Shown here piece after piece: positions 32,336-43,100 of a DNA stretch of 64,000 nt (its first letter is position 1; every line of letters begins with the position of its first letter). The stretch spans positions 11,316-75,315 of the IMG/VR virus record IMGVR_UViG_3300045988_106851; one strand, given 5' to 3'. The notes beneath the pieces are model-generated. The model ran no database searches, had not been told where the DNA came from, and saw only the letters and a list, made by a program, of their open reading frames with translations. A program made the translations under genes and the position numbers. The stretch is from a virus.

Positions 32336-35300
32336 CTATATCTCGTAATAGCTCCCGGCGTACTCAAACTTCGACACCAGTTGACTGCTCGTTGTGCGCT
32401 TCATGTACGCCCTCACCGTCCTTGCCACCTTGCCGCCCTCGTAGTAGTAGAACGTCTGGTAATACACCGTCTGCGTCGGATCGAGCACGCCCTCATTATC
32501 CACCATGTGCAGCTTCATGGGCAGGTTGCCGTCGTTAGGCTCGGTGTACCAACCATTGGGCAGAAGGAAATTCGGGTTAGGCCAGCTCACGCTGTTCGTC
32601 GTGTTGTAATAGTTCTTGGTGAACACGCAGCCGTCATAGATGTCGTAATTCTTGCTCGCGTCCGTCGTCGGTATCTGCTTGCGCCATATGTAGCGCAGGT
32701 CGGCCTGTTGCCCCTTGGCCACGTAGAGCCAGTCGAAACTCAGTGCCGAGTTATAATCTTTTACCGCGCTCGTCGCCAGCCTCAAATACGCCGTGTCGCT
32801 GTGTGCCTGTTGCGTCGAGCTTATCAAGCTCTGCAAGCCGCTCGGCCCGATGTCGTACTTCTGCTTGCCGTCCGTGCCGTAAAAGGCGAGATGGGGCACG
32901 CCTGCCGCGTCGTAAAACACCGCTATTCCCGGCGTCACGCCGTCTTTTTGGAACCACACGGTCGAGTTGCCGCTTATCTCGGTGTGGCCTCCGCCGTTGT
33001 CCGTCGTGGCTATCTTCGTGGCCCGCAAGCCGTCATGGTCTATCACCGCCATCTCATTGCCGTCGTTGTCGCGGAACTTGGTGTTGCTCGCAGTCAGCGT
33101 TATCTCCTTGATGTCTATGTTTATCCCCGTGGCGTACAACGCCTGCTTGTCAACCATGTCGCTCCGCTTCTCCGTCCACTCCGTCATCGTCGCGCCCACC
33201 TCAAGTTTCGGCCTGGAGAGGCTTATCCCGTACCATGTCGCTTCCCAGTAAGACGATGATGACGACGGCGTGTTGCCCTGTCCTGCCTTTATGCAACGAT
33301 AGTAAGTGCCGCCATACAGCACCACGTCTCCCACGTTGTAGCTCGTGGATGAGTCGTAACTCTCCTTGTTCGTGCCGGGTCTCAGCAAGCGGAACAGTAT
33401 GTGTTGTGGGACGTTCCCCATCGGCCTCCAATGCACCCAGTAGCGTTTCCATGCCGTCGTCGGCGTGATGTGGGTGTGCAAGTCCCCATCGCCTGGATTC
33501 CACAAGAAATCTAACTTCTCATGACTGCTTTCCGTCAAGACGATTCCCGTGCTTGGAGAGTAGAGATAGCATTGCAGCTCGCCGGGCGCGTAGCCGCTCG
33601 CCGCCCTCGCGTAGAACGACAGCATGCAGTCCTCGCCGACTTTCAGCCCCATGTCCTTCGTGGAGTATTGCAGGAAGTCGCCAATTTTCATGGTAGGCAG
33701 GAGTATCGCTTTCACGCTCGCGCTCTCGTTGTTGTAGCCGTCGGCGTTCACGGTCGTCTCGTCCAGCACCTCCACGTTTCCCGTCTTCGTCAGCGTGCCC
33801 GTGCCGTCCAGCAGGTTACCGCCCACGTAGTCATAGTCCTGCTCCGAGAGCGTCCAGCCATTATACTCCTCGCCCTCCTCAAGCATTGGCTTGCAGATAT
33901 AGCCGTCAACGAAAAAGTCGCTCGCCGCCCTCGCGAAGATATTTATCTCTTCATACTCATACGGAGCATCAGATGGAACAGAAACCTTCACGGTAAACAA
34001 TTCCCACTTATTGGCTTCTGATACAGAAAAAGTCGTGCTATAGCCTGTAGGACCATCATATTTAGCAGGGCGAGAAGTGTCTATTTTGGAACCTTGGTAT
34101 AGAACTTCCGCAATGAAATAAATATCATTTGGTGTAGGCGTCTTGGCATAGAACGAGAGAACATAGTTCTTCCCCCTCTCCAACTTGACATTGCCTTGTG
34201 GCGAAATACCACACCACTGAAAACCAGACAAGAGATAGATGTCCGTTCCTGTCCGTTTGGTGCGGCAATGGATGCAATTAACGCCATCAATGCCACTATT
34301 TATGGCTATCTGTTCTAATGGATAGTCATCATAATACTGCGTCTCCGAACCGCTCATGTACGTAAATCCGTCCCCATATTTACGGCACGCGCTTCCCACA
34401 AGCATATTTCTTCTGCCCACTGACTTCTCGCTCACCTTCAGGCTTATCTCCTTGGCCGTCTGCAATATCTCGCTCTTATACTCGACTAAGCTTGTTACCG
34501 AGCCGTTGTTTGTCAACTGCGAGTATTGCGATTGCAACTTCTTGTTGTCGGCCTTCAAGCCTCCCGTGTACTTCGCCACGTTCACCGTGAACGGCACGGT
34601 CTTCGTGTACGTCACGCCCGTGGCGTTCTCCGTCACGCTCACCGTCACGCTTCCGCTCGTGCAGCTCACCGTCACCGTGTTGCTGTCAATGGTCACCGTT
34701 TGCGTGTTTACCTTGGTTATCTTCACCACGCCGACATTATTCACCTTGGCCTCGCAGTTCACCGTGTCGTGTTCGCCTATATTGTACGTCACGTTGTCCA
34801 CCACCTTGCCGTCCCTCACGCACATCAGTGCGGCCCAGGCGTTAGAGGTGTCATTCACAAGTCCGTTGTCGTCGGTGTCGAGCACTATTGTCTCCGGGTC
34901 GCAGATAATCTCCAGCGCGCCCTTGCCGTCCGCGCCCTGCTTGCCGTCACGCACCACGGGAAGCATCACGGTCTTGAGGAACGTGCCGCCGACGTACAGG
35001 GCGAAGTTCCATGTTTTCACGCCCTGGCCGAACGCCTCGAATTCCGTGACGGTAAACGTACCCGACGGCCAGTCGGGTACGAGGTCACCGTTGTCCATCG
35101 TCCTCGAGATGGTAAAGTACGCCTTGTTCTTGTCCGTCACCTGCACTGCCGTCCCGCCGGTTATCTTCACCACCTTCGCCGTCACGCGCACCGTGTCATT
35201 GCCGTTGAGCTTACCCGTGCTATCTCCCTTTAGCACACTCGCAGACAGATAGATGTCGTAGGCCGAGCCGTCTTCGCCTTTGTCTCCTTTTACGTACACC

Positions 35301-35731
35301 CACTTGGCCATTTTGACGGCTTCGTCCGCCGTGTCCTCCTTGGTCTCGCTGACCCACGTGCCCATATAAGCATAAGCGTTGCCGTCTGTATTGCTCAGCA
35401 CTATGTCATCTATCGTGTGGTTCTTCTGCTTGTTGCTCCACGCCACATGCACATAGTTGTTCTTGCCTGCCTCGCCGCTCACCTTACCGCAGTCCGTAAA
35501 GCCATTACGATGCGTTGCGTCGCTTGCCGTACCACCCGTGTAAGTCCACAGATGCCCGTCGATGATGTAAGAATCACCGATGCTGGCTCCTGACGATGGA
35601 AGCGCGTCCGGCGAGCTGACACCCGTCTTCATATTTATCGATGTGCCAGCTGCGCCGTCCTTCACGATGCACAGCGTGATGGAGTCGCTCATCTCCACAT
35701 ATTTCGAAGTTTCTCTTACTATCGCTGACAT
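32336..35731 (-). CDS. large tail fibre / receptor-binding protein with carbohydrate-binding-like modules
   Basis: 1131 aa; YNVGDVVLYGGTYYRCIKAGQGNTPSSSSSYWE resembles a CBM5/12 motif; position after Tal. Confidence 0.6.
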   Translation of the reverse strand: MSAIVRETSKYVEMSDSITLCIVKDGAAGTSINMKTGVSSPDALPSSGASIGDSYIIDGHLWTYTGGTASDATHRNGFTDCGKVSGEAGKNNYVHVAWSNKQKNHTIDDIVLSNTDGNAYAYMGTWVSETKEDTADEAVKMAKWVYVKGDKGEDGSAYDIYLSASVLKGDSTGKLNGNDTVRVTAKVVKITGGTAVQVTDKNKAYFTISRTMDNGDLVPDWPSGTFTVTEFEAFGQGVKTWNFALYVGGTFLKTVMLPVVRDGKQGADGKGALEIICDPETIVLDTDDNGLVNDTSNAWAALMCVRDGKVVDNVTYNIGEHDTVNCEAKVNNVGVVKITKVNTQTVTIDSNTVTVSCTSGSVTVSVTENATGVTYTKTVPFTVNVAKYTGGLKADNKKLQSQYSQLTNNGSVTSLVEYKSEILQTAKEISLKVSEKSVGRRNMLVGSACRKYGDGFTYMSGSETQYYDDYPLEQIAINSGIDGVNCIHCRTKRTGTDIYLLSGFQWCGISPQGNVKLERGKNYVLSFYAKTPTPNDIYFIAEVLYQGSKIDTSRPAKYDGPTGYSTTFSVSEANKWELFTVKVSVPSDAPYEYEEINIFARAASDFFVDGYICKPMLEEGEEYNGWTLSEQDYDYVGGNLLDGTGTLTKTGNVEVLDETTVNADGYNNESASVKAILLPTMKIGDFLQYSTKDMGLKVGEDCMLSFYARAASGYAPGELQCYLYSPSTGIVLTESSHEKLDFLWNPGDGDLHTHITPTTAWKRYWVHWRPMGNVPQHILFRLLRPGTNKESYDSSTSYNVGDVVLYGGTYYRCIKAGQGNTPSSSSSYWEATWYGISLSRPKLEVGATMTEWTEKRSDMVDKQALYATGINIDIKEITLTASNTKFRDNDGNEMAVIDHDGLRATKIATTDNGGGHTEISGNSTVWFQKDGVTPGIAVFYDAAGVPHLAFYGTDGKQKYDIGPSGLQSLISSTQQAHSDTAYLRLATSAVKDYNSALSFDWLYVAKGQQADLRYIWRKQIPTTDASKNYDIYDGCVFTKNYYNTTNSVSWPNPNFLLPNGWYTEPNDGNLPMKLHMVDNEGVLDPTQTVYYQTFYYYEGGKVARTVRAYMKRTTSSQLVSKFEYAGSYYEI

Positions 35732-35821
35732 TTTTCCTCTGTTTTGTTTGCGTGAATCTATTATTTTGTCTACCTTTGCCGACGTGGGTAGAGGGCTTTC
35801 GCTCCACCCTTTTTTTTGTGC

Positions 35822-38800
35822 CTACACGGACAGGCTTGCAGTCCCCGTTGTTGACGTGTCGCTGTCCGTCTCCACGTATATTTTGCATTTTGCGACAGTG
35901 CTGACCGGTGTGTAGTTGCTGCCGTCAGCGAGCCACACGCCATAGCGTCCCCATGCGTGATATTTTCCGTCGGCTCCTTGCTTCAGCCAGTATGTGTGTT
36001 TCCCGTGTCTCAGTGCCGTCTTTTCCGTCGTCACCTTCGCGGTCTTGTGCAGCACGATATTGTGCGATTCCACAAAGCTCAAGAGCTGCGACATATCCAC
36101 GGAATAGTTGTTGTCGCCAAGAGACGTGAACGAGAGGGGTGTAGGAAAGTGACACTCTCCGTCATGTACCATGTCGTGGAACCCCCACGCGTTCCTGTTG
36201 TTGATACCAAGCACCTTTCGTATTCTATAATACCTCTTCCAGCAAGGATATAACGTCATCCTGGAAATATCCTCCGAGGCGTGGAATATGAGGTTGTTTC
36301 CATCCGCCCTCAGTGCCGTCAGCTCGATAGGCTCCAACAACCGTTTGGGAATTTTCACGCTGCACTTCCACAAGTCGAGCGCGTCGGAGCTGCTCGCCGA
36401 GCGGTAACGGTAGCCTATACTCGACAATATTTCATGTCCGTCTCTTGTCCATGAGAAATTATCTCGCGGTATTCTTCCGCCCATGCTCTTTCCGTCTATC
36501 TCAACACTGCATCGTAACAATACGTTATTATAGCTGCCGTTAAACACCGTGCCTTTGTTACTCGTCAAGTTGACAACAGCCGTGCGTCTTGCGCTCTTTC
36601 CGTCCTTTCCGTCCTTTCCGCCGCTAATCTCCTTCCTCCAATCTGTAGAGGTGTCGCTCGGTTCCGCGTTAGTCGTATCGCCTTTCTCCACTATGCACGT
36701 CCAAATGGAATCGTTGTGGCTCACTTGGTCGTAGTAGCCGTATTTCGTCCCCTCTGCCCAGTTACCTCTGAAGTTCACTAAGGTTATCGGGTCGCCGCTC
36801 GCGCTCATAAACTTGAAGCTCGAAGACACGAACACCACCTCCTTGGGCGACAGTATGAACACCGTGTTCGAGTATTGGTTCACGCCGTCCCAGTGCCTGT
36901 AGTCCACGATGCCAGTCAACGCCACTATTCTCGGCAATGTGCCGTCCTCCGTGCCCGTTGTCTCCAGCATCATCACGTTCGTGCGGCTCTCGTCGTTGTA
37001 TTGGTCACGTCCCTCAGCGTCATCGCTCGCGAACATCCTGTGGCCGTCCAGCACTATCGTGTCCCCTGCCTTCGGAGCGTCGTTAGTCGTGCTCTCGCAG
37101 TCCGTCTTCGACAGCACCACCCAGCCAAACTTCTTGCCGTCATACAAGTCCACGGTCACCTCGCGCGTCTTCGTCACCCCGTCATCATTCACGTAGGTTT
37201 CCGTCCGCGTCTCCGTTATCGTCTCGTTCTTCGTGGACACGTCAGCCACCAGTCGCCAGTAATAGGTATTGCTCACGCCCTCATGCGCCCCGGCCTCAAT
37301 GTCAAACGTCTGACACTTCGCCTGGTCATACCTCGCCCAGCCGTTCTGCGTCGCCGTCGTCCCGTCGTCGTTCAGCGTGTAGCACTTCCATCCCTCGCAG
37401 TCAGCGTCGCCCTCAGCGCACGCCTCCCACGTCTCGCTCGCGTCGCCTCCCGTAGAGCTTGCCGCAGCGGTCGCCTTCTTCACTGGCACGGCCCTCACAA
37501 TCTTCGAGCTCGCGCCGCTCAGATACACGTTGCCTCCCACGGCATAGAGCTTCCTAATCTCCAGCGAGTTGAACACAGCCTTGCCCCACACCATCAAGTC
37601 CGTGACCGACAGCGTGTATTTCCCCCGCGAGTTCTTCGTCACCCCGAAGCCCCTCTCCAGTGCCTCGTCAAACGACAGCGAGCTTAACGCGTCAACCACC
37701 ACGTTGCCTTTCTCGTCAAACTTGTAGCCGCCAGTCCCGAACGTCGCCCCTCTATTCAGCTTAGCAAGCATGTCGGAGATTAATCCCTTGGCAAAGGTTA
37801 TAAACCCCTGCGCCGTGTCATTAAACTGTTTAGAGAGGAAATAACTCGTTCCGTATCTTGCAATCAGATTCCTTAACTGTGCCTCTGTATAGCTGCTACC
37901 GCCAGAACCATTCTCTCCACTTGCTATAATACTTTGTACATCATCTCTGAGTTGCGTAATAGTGCCTTTTATAGCTTGATTTCCTACCGTAATTTCCTGT
38001 ATGAAGTCATAGTCAATATTAGTCGATAGCTTTAAGACGCGAGTGCTGAGCGTATATCCATTACCATCATCATAGGTTACTTTCTGTCCGATTTGCAAGC
38101 AAGGATTTTGCTCGACGAATACTTGCGGATAAGATTTAATGGTATAGTTATTTAAGTCAGACCGTAATCTTTGTATTTCTTGTATTGCAGCGTCAAGCAA
38201 CCTTTGTTGTGCGTCTTTAATATAGATGCTATCAGCCATTGCAATATTATAGAGTACCGTAATATTGCACTTCAATGAAGGTAATGTCTCTCCCTTAGGC
38301 ACAATCATTTCCGCTACATTTGTTGGTATAATAAGGTCGTTATCTTCTTGGTAAACGATTTCATAATCACCAGCAAGCACAGCGAAATCCTTGTCACTTA
38401 CGTCATCCGAGGAATGTGAAGAAGAAGCATCTCTGTGATAAGTAAGTTCAAAACCGACATAACTACCGTTAGAGCCACGACCTGCGAGCGGAGAGGGAAG
38501 AGCGTCTTTATTAAAGTTAGCTTCAAATGAGCACCCAATATTCTTACCATTAACGAGCAAGCTATCGGTAATCTCGAAGTCATACCAATAATGAGTAACA
38601 CCGTCGTCAATAGTTGTATTGATAATTTTCTTTCCTTCTACTTTTTCTGTTGTAGGATAAGCCAATCTCATATACCATATAGTGAAGGTCTTGTATTCCT
38701 TAACAGAATCATCTGTATTGTATGAGATAGGAATTTTCTCATTGTTTTTATCAAGCACATACTTAACTCGCCCACGCACATTATATACATAAGTGTTGAG

Positions 38801-39715
38801 CGAAGGAAAAATCTGAGAAAAATCAAGCACCTTCGTAAAGAGAGGTTCTTTCGCTTTATCCGCTCTAAGGTCAAAGGTTGAATACTTGTCAATAGAGTAG
38901 GGGCATTCCTTACCATCAATAGTTATAGTACCATTACCTTCATCTAATTGCAGACGAATATCGCCAGATGAAACATTCTCACCTTTGCTATTTACTTGTG
39001 TGATATTTCTTGTACCGCCGAAGATAGAGAAAGCGTTATAGTAGCCTTCTTTGCTAATATTGATACTTGGTACACCTACATTCTTTCCAACCTCTAAAAC
39101 GACAGGAGTCGCGCCAATTAAGACCTTACCGATGTAGATAATTTCATCATCATAGTCAATGTGCCATTCGCAATTATCTCCTATGGCATTTACTATAGCA
39201 GACAGTGCAGATATAAAATCGTTATCGCTAAACGACACATTGATTGTGTTCGAGTTCGTTTCATCGTAATGTACCGTCCATCCAGCGTTCCCAAACTTAA
39301 CTTCTTTGTTTAAGAAATCCTGCAACTGCTCGGCAATTGTGTGCATCGTGCCGACAAACGACCAGACATGTTGTTTAATTTCTTCATCTTGCGAGTTTCT
39401 TGTGCGCACGTAGAAAGGCACCTTGGAGAGTATCATCTTAGGGTGCTGAAATTCAGGCGTGTACTTCCAAGACATCTCATCTGTCTGTGTCGGCTCGTAT
39501 GCTTCCAAGAGGAGAAACTGGCGGGTAACTTCTCTTACTTTATCTATCTTATAAGTATGATTGATATATGCGCCAACTGGCAAAATTACCTTCTCGGTAC
39601 TATTCCAAGAGAGTGAGATATAGTCTGATTTGGACAACTCTTCCTCTCGTTTAGCAGAGCTGGTAATTTCTGCTTGCATCAGCACATTACCTTCTACATC
39701 ATATATGTCAATCAT
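35822..39715 (-). CDS. tail-associated (Tal-like) baseplate/tip protein
   Basis: 1297 aa directly after the Dit-like gene; composition switch near 37.8 kb. Confidence 0.6.
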   Translation of the reverse strand: MIDIYDVEGNVLMQAEITSSAKREEELSKSDYISLSWNSTEKVILPVGAYINHTYKIDKVREVTRQFLLLEAYEPTQTDEMSWKYTPEFQHPKMILSKVPFYVRTRNSQDEEIKQHVWSFVGTMHTIAEQLQDFLNKEVKFGNAGWTVHYDETNSNTINVSFSDNDFISALSAIVNAIGDNCEWHIDYDDEIIYIGKVLIGATPVVLEVGKNVGVPSINISKEGYYNAFSIFGGTRNITQVNSKGENVSSGDIRLQLDEGNGTITIDGKECPYSIDKYSTFDLRADKAKEPLFTKVLDFSQIFPSLNTYVYNVRGRVKYVLDKNNEKIPISYNTDDSVKEYKTFTIWYMRLAYPTTEKVEGKKIINTTIDDGVTHYWYDFEITDSLLVNGKNIGCSFEANFNKDALPSPLAGRGSNGSYVGFELTYHRDASSSHSSDDVSDKDFAVLAGDYEIVYQEDNDLIIPTNVAEMIVPKGETLPSLKCNITVLYNIAMADSIYIKDAQQRLLDAAIQEIQRLRSDLNNYTIKSYPQVFVEQNPCLQIGQKVTYDDGNGYTLSTRVLKLSTNIDYDFIQEITVGNQAIKGTITQLRDDVQSIIASGENGSGGSSYTEAQLRNLIARYGTSYFLSKQFNDTAQGFITFAKGLISDMLAKLNRGATFGTGGYKFDEKGNVVVDALSSLSFDEALERGFGVTKNSRGKYTLSVTDLMVWGKAVFNSLEIRKLYAVGGNVYLSGASSKIVRAVPVKKATAAASSTGGDASETWEACAEGDADCEGWKCYTLNDDGTTATQNGWARYDQAKCQTFDIEAGAHEGVSNTYYWRLVADVSTKNETITETRTETYVNDDGVTKTREVTVDLYDGKKFGWVVLSKTDCESTTNDAPKAGDTIVLDGHRMFASDDAEGRDQYNDESRTNVMMLETTGTEDGTLPRIVALTGIVDYRHWDGVNQYSNTVFILSPKEVVFVSSSFKFMSASGDPITLVNFRGNWAEGTKYGYYDQVSHNDSIWTCIVEKGDTTNAEPSDTSTDWRKEISGGKDGKDGKSARRTAVVNLTSNKGTVFNGSYNNVLLRCSVEIDGKSMGGRIPRDNFSWTRDGHEILSSIGYRYRSASSSDALDLWKCSVKIPKRLLEPIELTALRADGNNLIFHASEDISRMTLYPCWKRYYRIRKVLGINNRNAWGFHDMVHDGECHFPTPLSFTSLGDNNYSVDMSQLLSFVESHNIVLHKTAKVTTEKTALRHGKHTYWLKQGADGKYHAWGRYGVWLADGSNYTPVSTVAKCKIYVETDSDTSTTGTASLSV

Positions 39716-40158
39716 AACTTAATTCTATCATTTGGATTAGATTCCGTGAATTTGATTGTAAATTTACCCTTTTTCAGACCGTAATCACCAAATTGCGAGC
39801 ACTGTGAATAAACAAGCTTGAATACACGTCTTAAACAAGGTACTTTCAGGCAAAATTGCCCCGAATAAGCTATCTTATCCAAGAAAGACTCGTATTTTTT
39901 CAAATAATCTTCTTGCGAATTGCCTTCAAGAAAGAAAGAGATACTTACGTCACGCTTATCTTTCTTGGCATACTTCGATGTGGCGATAACCGATTGTCCA
40001 TGCTCTAATCGGCTATTGTTCGTCACATAGCTTTTTACTGGTGCCGGTGTCAGCAAGGCTTCTCGCCAACCCCTTACCAATGTAATACCGAAAGTATCAA
40101 GGTCAACGTAAGCGGAATCCGCTTCATCGACCAATTTAACAAAAGCATCATTCTTCAT
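39712..40158 (-). CDS. distal tail protein (Dit)-like
   Basis: Immediately after the tape measure gene; ATGA overlap with Tal. Confidence 0.5.
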   Translation of the reverse strand: MKNDAFVKLVDEADSAYVDLDTFGITLVRGWREALLTPAPVKSYVTNNSRLEHGQSVIATSKYAKKDKRDVSISFFLEGNSQEDYLKKYESFLDKIAYSGQFCLKVPCLRRVFKLVYSQCSQFGDYGLKKGKFTIKFTESNPNDRIKL

Positions 40159-40161
40159 AAC

Positions 40162-43100
40162 TTAATACTTATCCTTCATTAATTTATACATACTCGCGAT
40201 ATCCTCACGTATCAATATAATAGGTGCGGTATTCTTATTAATTGCTTCCAACTGCTCTAACCCCTGATATTGAATATCTCGCATTTCTGAGATATTATTA
40301 TATGTCTGTTCGGCAAAGATGCGCAAAAAAGAAACATCAACGGCGATAGCTTTACGCACCTCGTTACCTTGCTCTTGGGCAATCTGCACCGCATAACCGA
40401 TACCGATAAGGCTGCTTGCTTGGTCTGCGGTGATAGCTTCGATACCTTTACCCGTTGCTGTCTGCTGAGATTGCGCCTCTTTATACCCTGTTATTGCGGC
40501 AATATTATCTCTTATCTTCAAACCTTCATTAACGATATTATCATACTCTTTTTTAAGTATATCCAAATCGTCATTAGAGAGCTGTCCTTGCTTCATTTTA
40601 TCTGCCCATTTTCCATAAAGGGCTTTAAGTCTCTTATTAGCAAGGTCATCAACGGCAAAGTTAAGCATAGACTTATTGAGCATCGTTGTGAAATCATTTG
40701 CGAAATCTTGCGCCGATTTACTCATATCCATAAGATTGCTGATAAAGTTGTCCTTTAACGAATCGAAGGTTGTCTGCGTAAGATTCTGATTGATTTTATC
40801 AGTCAGTTCTTCAAGCTTCTCAGCAAGGTTGGTATAGTTCTCCCAATACTCTGTTTTATCATACTTGCCCTGGTCAGTCATATTCTTCCATACATCTTGG
40901 TTGTATGTGCGAATATCCTTCATCTGCTCTGGAGTGAGCTTATAAATATCCTCCAAAGAGCTTACCTTGTTTATCGTAGAATTAACATAACCACCTCTTA
41001 TCGCTGATTGCTGTGCTAACGTGCGATTGATAGCAGCATAGTCTTGCGCCGACAGATTCCAATAGTAAGCGTTAGAGTGATGCGCGCCGTGATAACCCAT
41101 CTGCGATTGTAGAATTTCCATACTCTGCTTATAGATTTGCTTCTGTGCATCATAGGCTTTTTGATAATTGCTGACGGCACTCATTCCCGAAGTCTTATCA
41201 ATCGAACTCTTCAACTGCTCAATAGAGTATTGTAATCGCTCGTTTGATTCCGTAAGGCGATTAGTAGTCTCCGCAACCTCCTTCGCATTACTTCCATTAC
41301 CGATACCAAGAGCACTACCAAGCGATTTGATAGCACTTACGCCTTTGATAGCTGCCCCGATATAGTTGCCCGTAGCAAAGTCTGATACCGCTTGCGAACC
41401 CTTATTGAATGCGTCTGCACCACTTTTAAGCTTCTTCCCAAGCTCTGAATCACCGAAGCCGAGAGCATCAATTAATTCGCTTGCTTCTTGTAGCTTCTTA
41501 GCAACGTTACCGATGCTTTCTGCCCATTCATTAGCAATCTCCTTAATGGACTTTCTTGCCTTATCTTGTGATATATTTGCATCCTCCTGTGCCTTCTTTA
41601 CTTCCTTTGTTGCTTTTCCGACCTTTACCTCAGAAATAGCGAGCTCATCAAAGAGTTTCTTTAATTTTTCAAGCTGTTTATTGCTGAGGTTTGTCTTATT
41701 CTCATTGAAGAGTGTGCTCTTATTCTGAGAAGTTATCTTATCGGTACTTACAGATACTCCCGTCTCCGCAAAGACTTTCTGGATAGCAAATTTCGTAAAA
41801 AACTGCTGCTCTTGTGCGCTAAATTGCTCAACTGTGACTTTTTTTAAACGCTCTTGTGCGTCAGTAGCTTCTTGCAAGAGCCGATTATATTCACGCACCT
41901 TCTCGTTAGACCATCCCCACTTATCGGTCTGCTCTGAAATTGCATTATCAATCTTACCAATTTGTTCAGACACAACCTTCATATCATCAATATCAAGAGT
42001 ACCCGAACCGAGAAGGTCTTTGAGCTTTTTTCTTAGCTCTTCGAGATAAGATTTGCTCAATCTCCCCATATCAGAGAAAACAGAATCCCAGTTGATAGAA
42101 TCCTTGAAATCATTAAAATTAAGTTTCTTTAGCTGCTCTCCAAGGTCAGTTTTTAACTTTGCTTCCTCGAAAAGATTACCTTTTGCCCTTGCTTCTTTGA
42201 TTTTCTCATTATACTCCTCAACGATGACGAACTTCTGCTGTTCGAGGTCGCCATACTCCTTCAGGTATTCACGATATGATTTCAATTCATCGGCATAAAT
42301 CTCATTATTATATGATTCTACAGTCTTTTGCTCAATGATGGTATACTGCTCGGTAATCTTCTTAATATTCTTTGAATCAAGATGTTCCTTATCATTCCAA
42401 GTCTCAGCCTTGCCACCCTTTGCCTTTATAACCGATTGCTGTGCGTCAAATTCAGCTTTCTGTCGGTCACGCTCTGCCTTGATAGCTGCATTCTTTCGTT
42501 CTTCAATCTGCTCAATCTCTTTGGATAGCTCTCTTTTGTGCTCGGCAATGACCTTCTCTTCACCTTCCTTCATTGCCTTAATCTTTGCATCGGTTACTTC
42601 TTGTTCCAAAGATTGCCAAGCTTTTGCTCTTTCATAGGCATTCTTGTAGATTACTTCATCAAGCTTCCCCTCTGCTGAACTAATCTGCTTCTGCTGGGTA
42701 GCATCCTTCTTTGCATCGGTTTTACTTTTGTTTGCAAGTGAGCGTTTTGCTGCTTCCTCTTGTCTGATAAGCATTCTTTGCTCGCTATTCTGCTGAACCT
42801 GTGTTCTAAGAACCTGCATTCTAAGTTCACGCTCTGCGGCAATATCTTTCAAAGATTGAGTATGCAATTTAGTTTGCTTCTCATGTAGTTCAACGAGCTG
42901 TTGTTGCTGCTTTATCTGAAAATCGTATTTCTGTCTAATAAGAGCCTTTGCCTCCTCAATGGCAGCGATTTTCTCCTTTCCTTGTAAGGTATATATTTTA
43001 TTTCTTACCTCGGCTATTTTTCCATCAAGTTTGAGCTGAGTTTCTTTATTCTTATTGATAGCTATCTGTGTTTCTTGAATCTTACCTGCAAGGGAAGCAG

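Noticed and set aside
32381-37687. Several 230-300 aa plus-strand ORFs (32381..33259, 34356..35252, 34526..35233, 36875..37687)
   Set aside because: All are antisense to the two very large tail genes in the GC-rich block, with the same low-complexity composition and no motifs.
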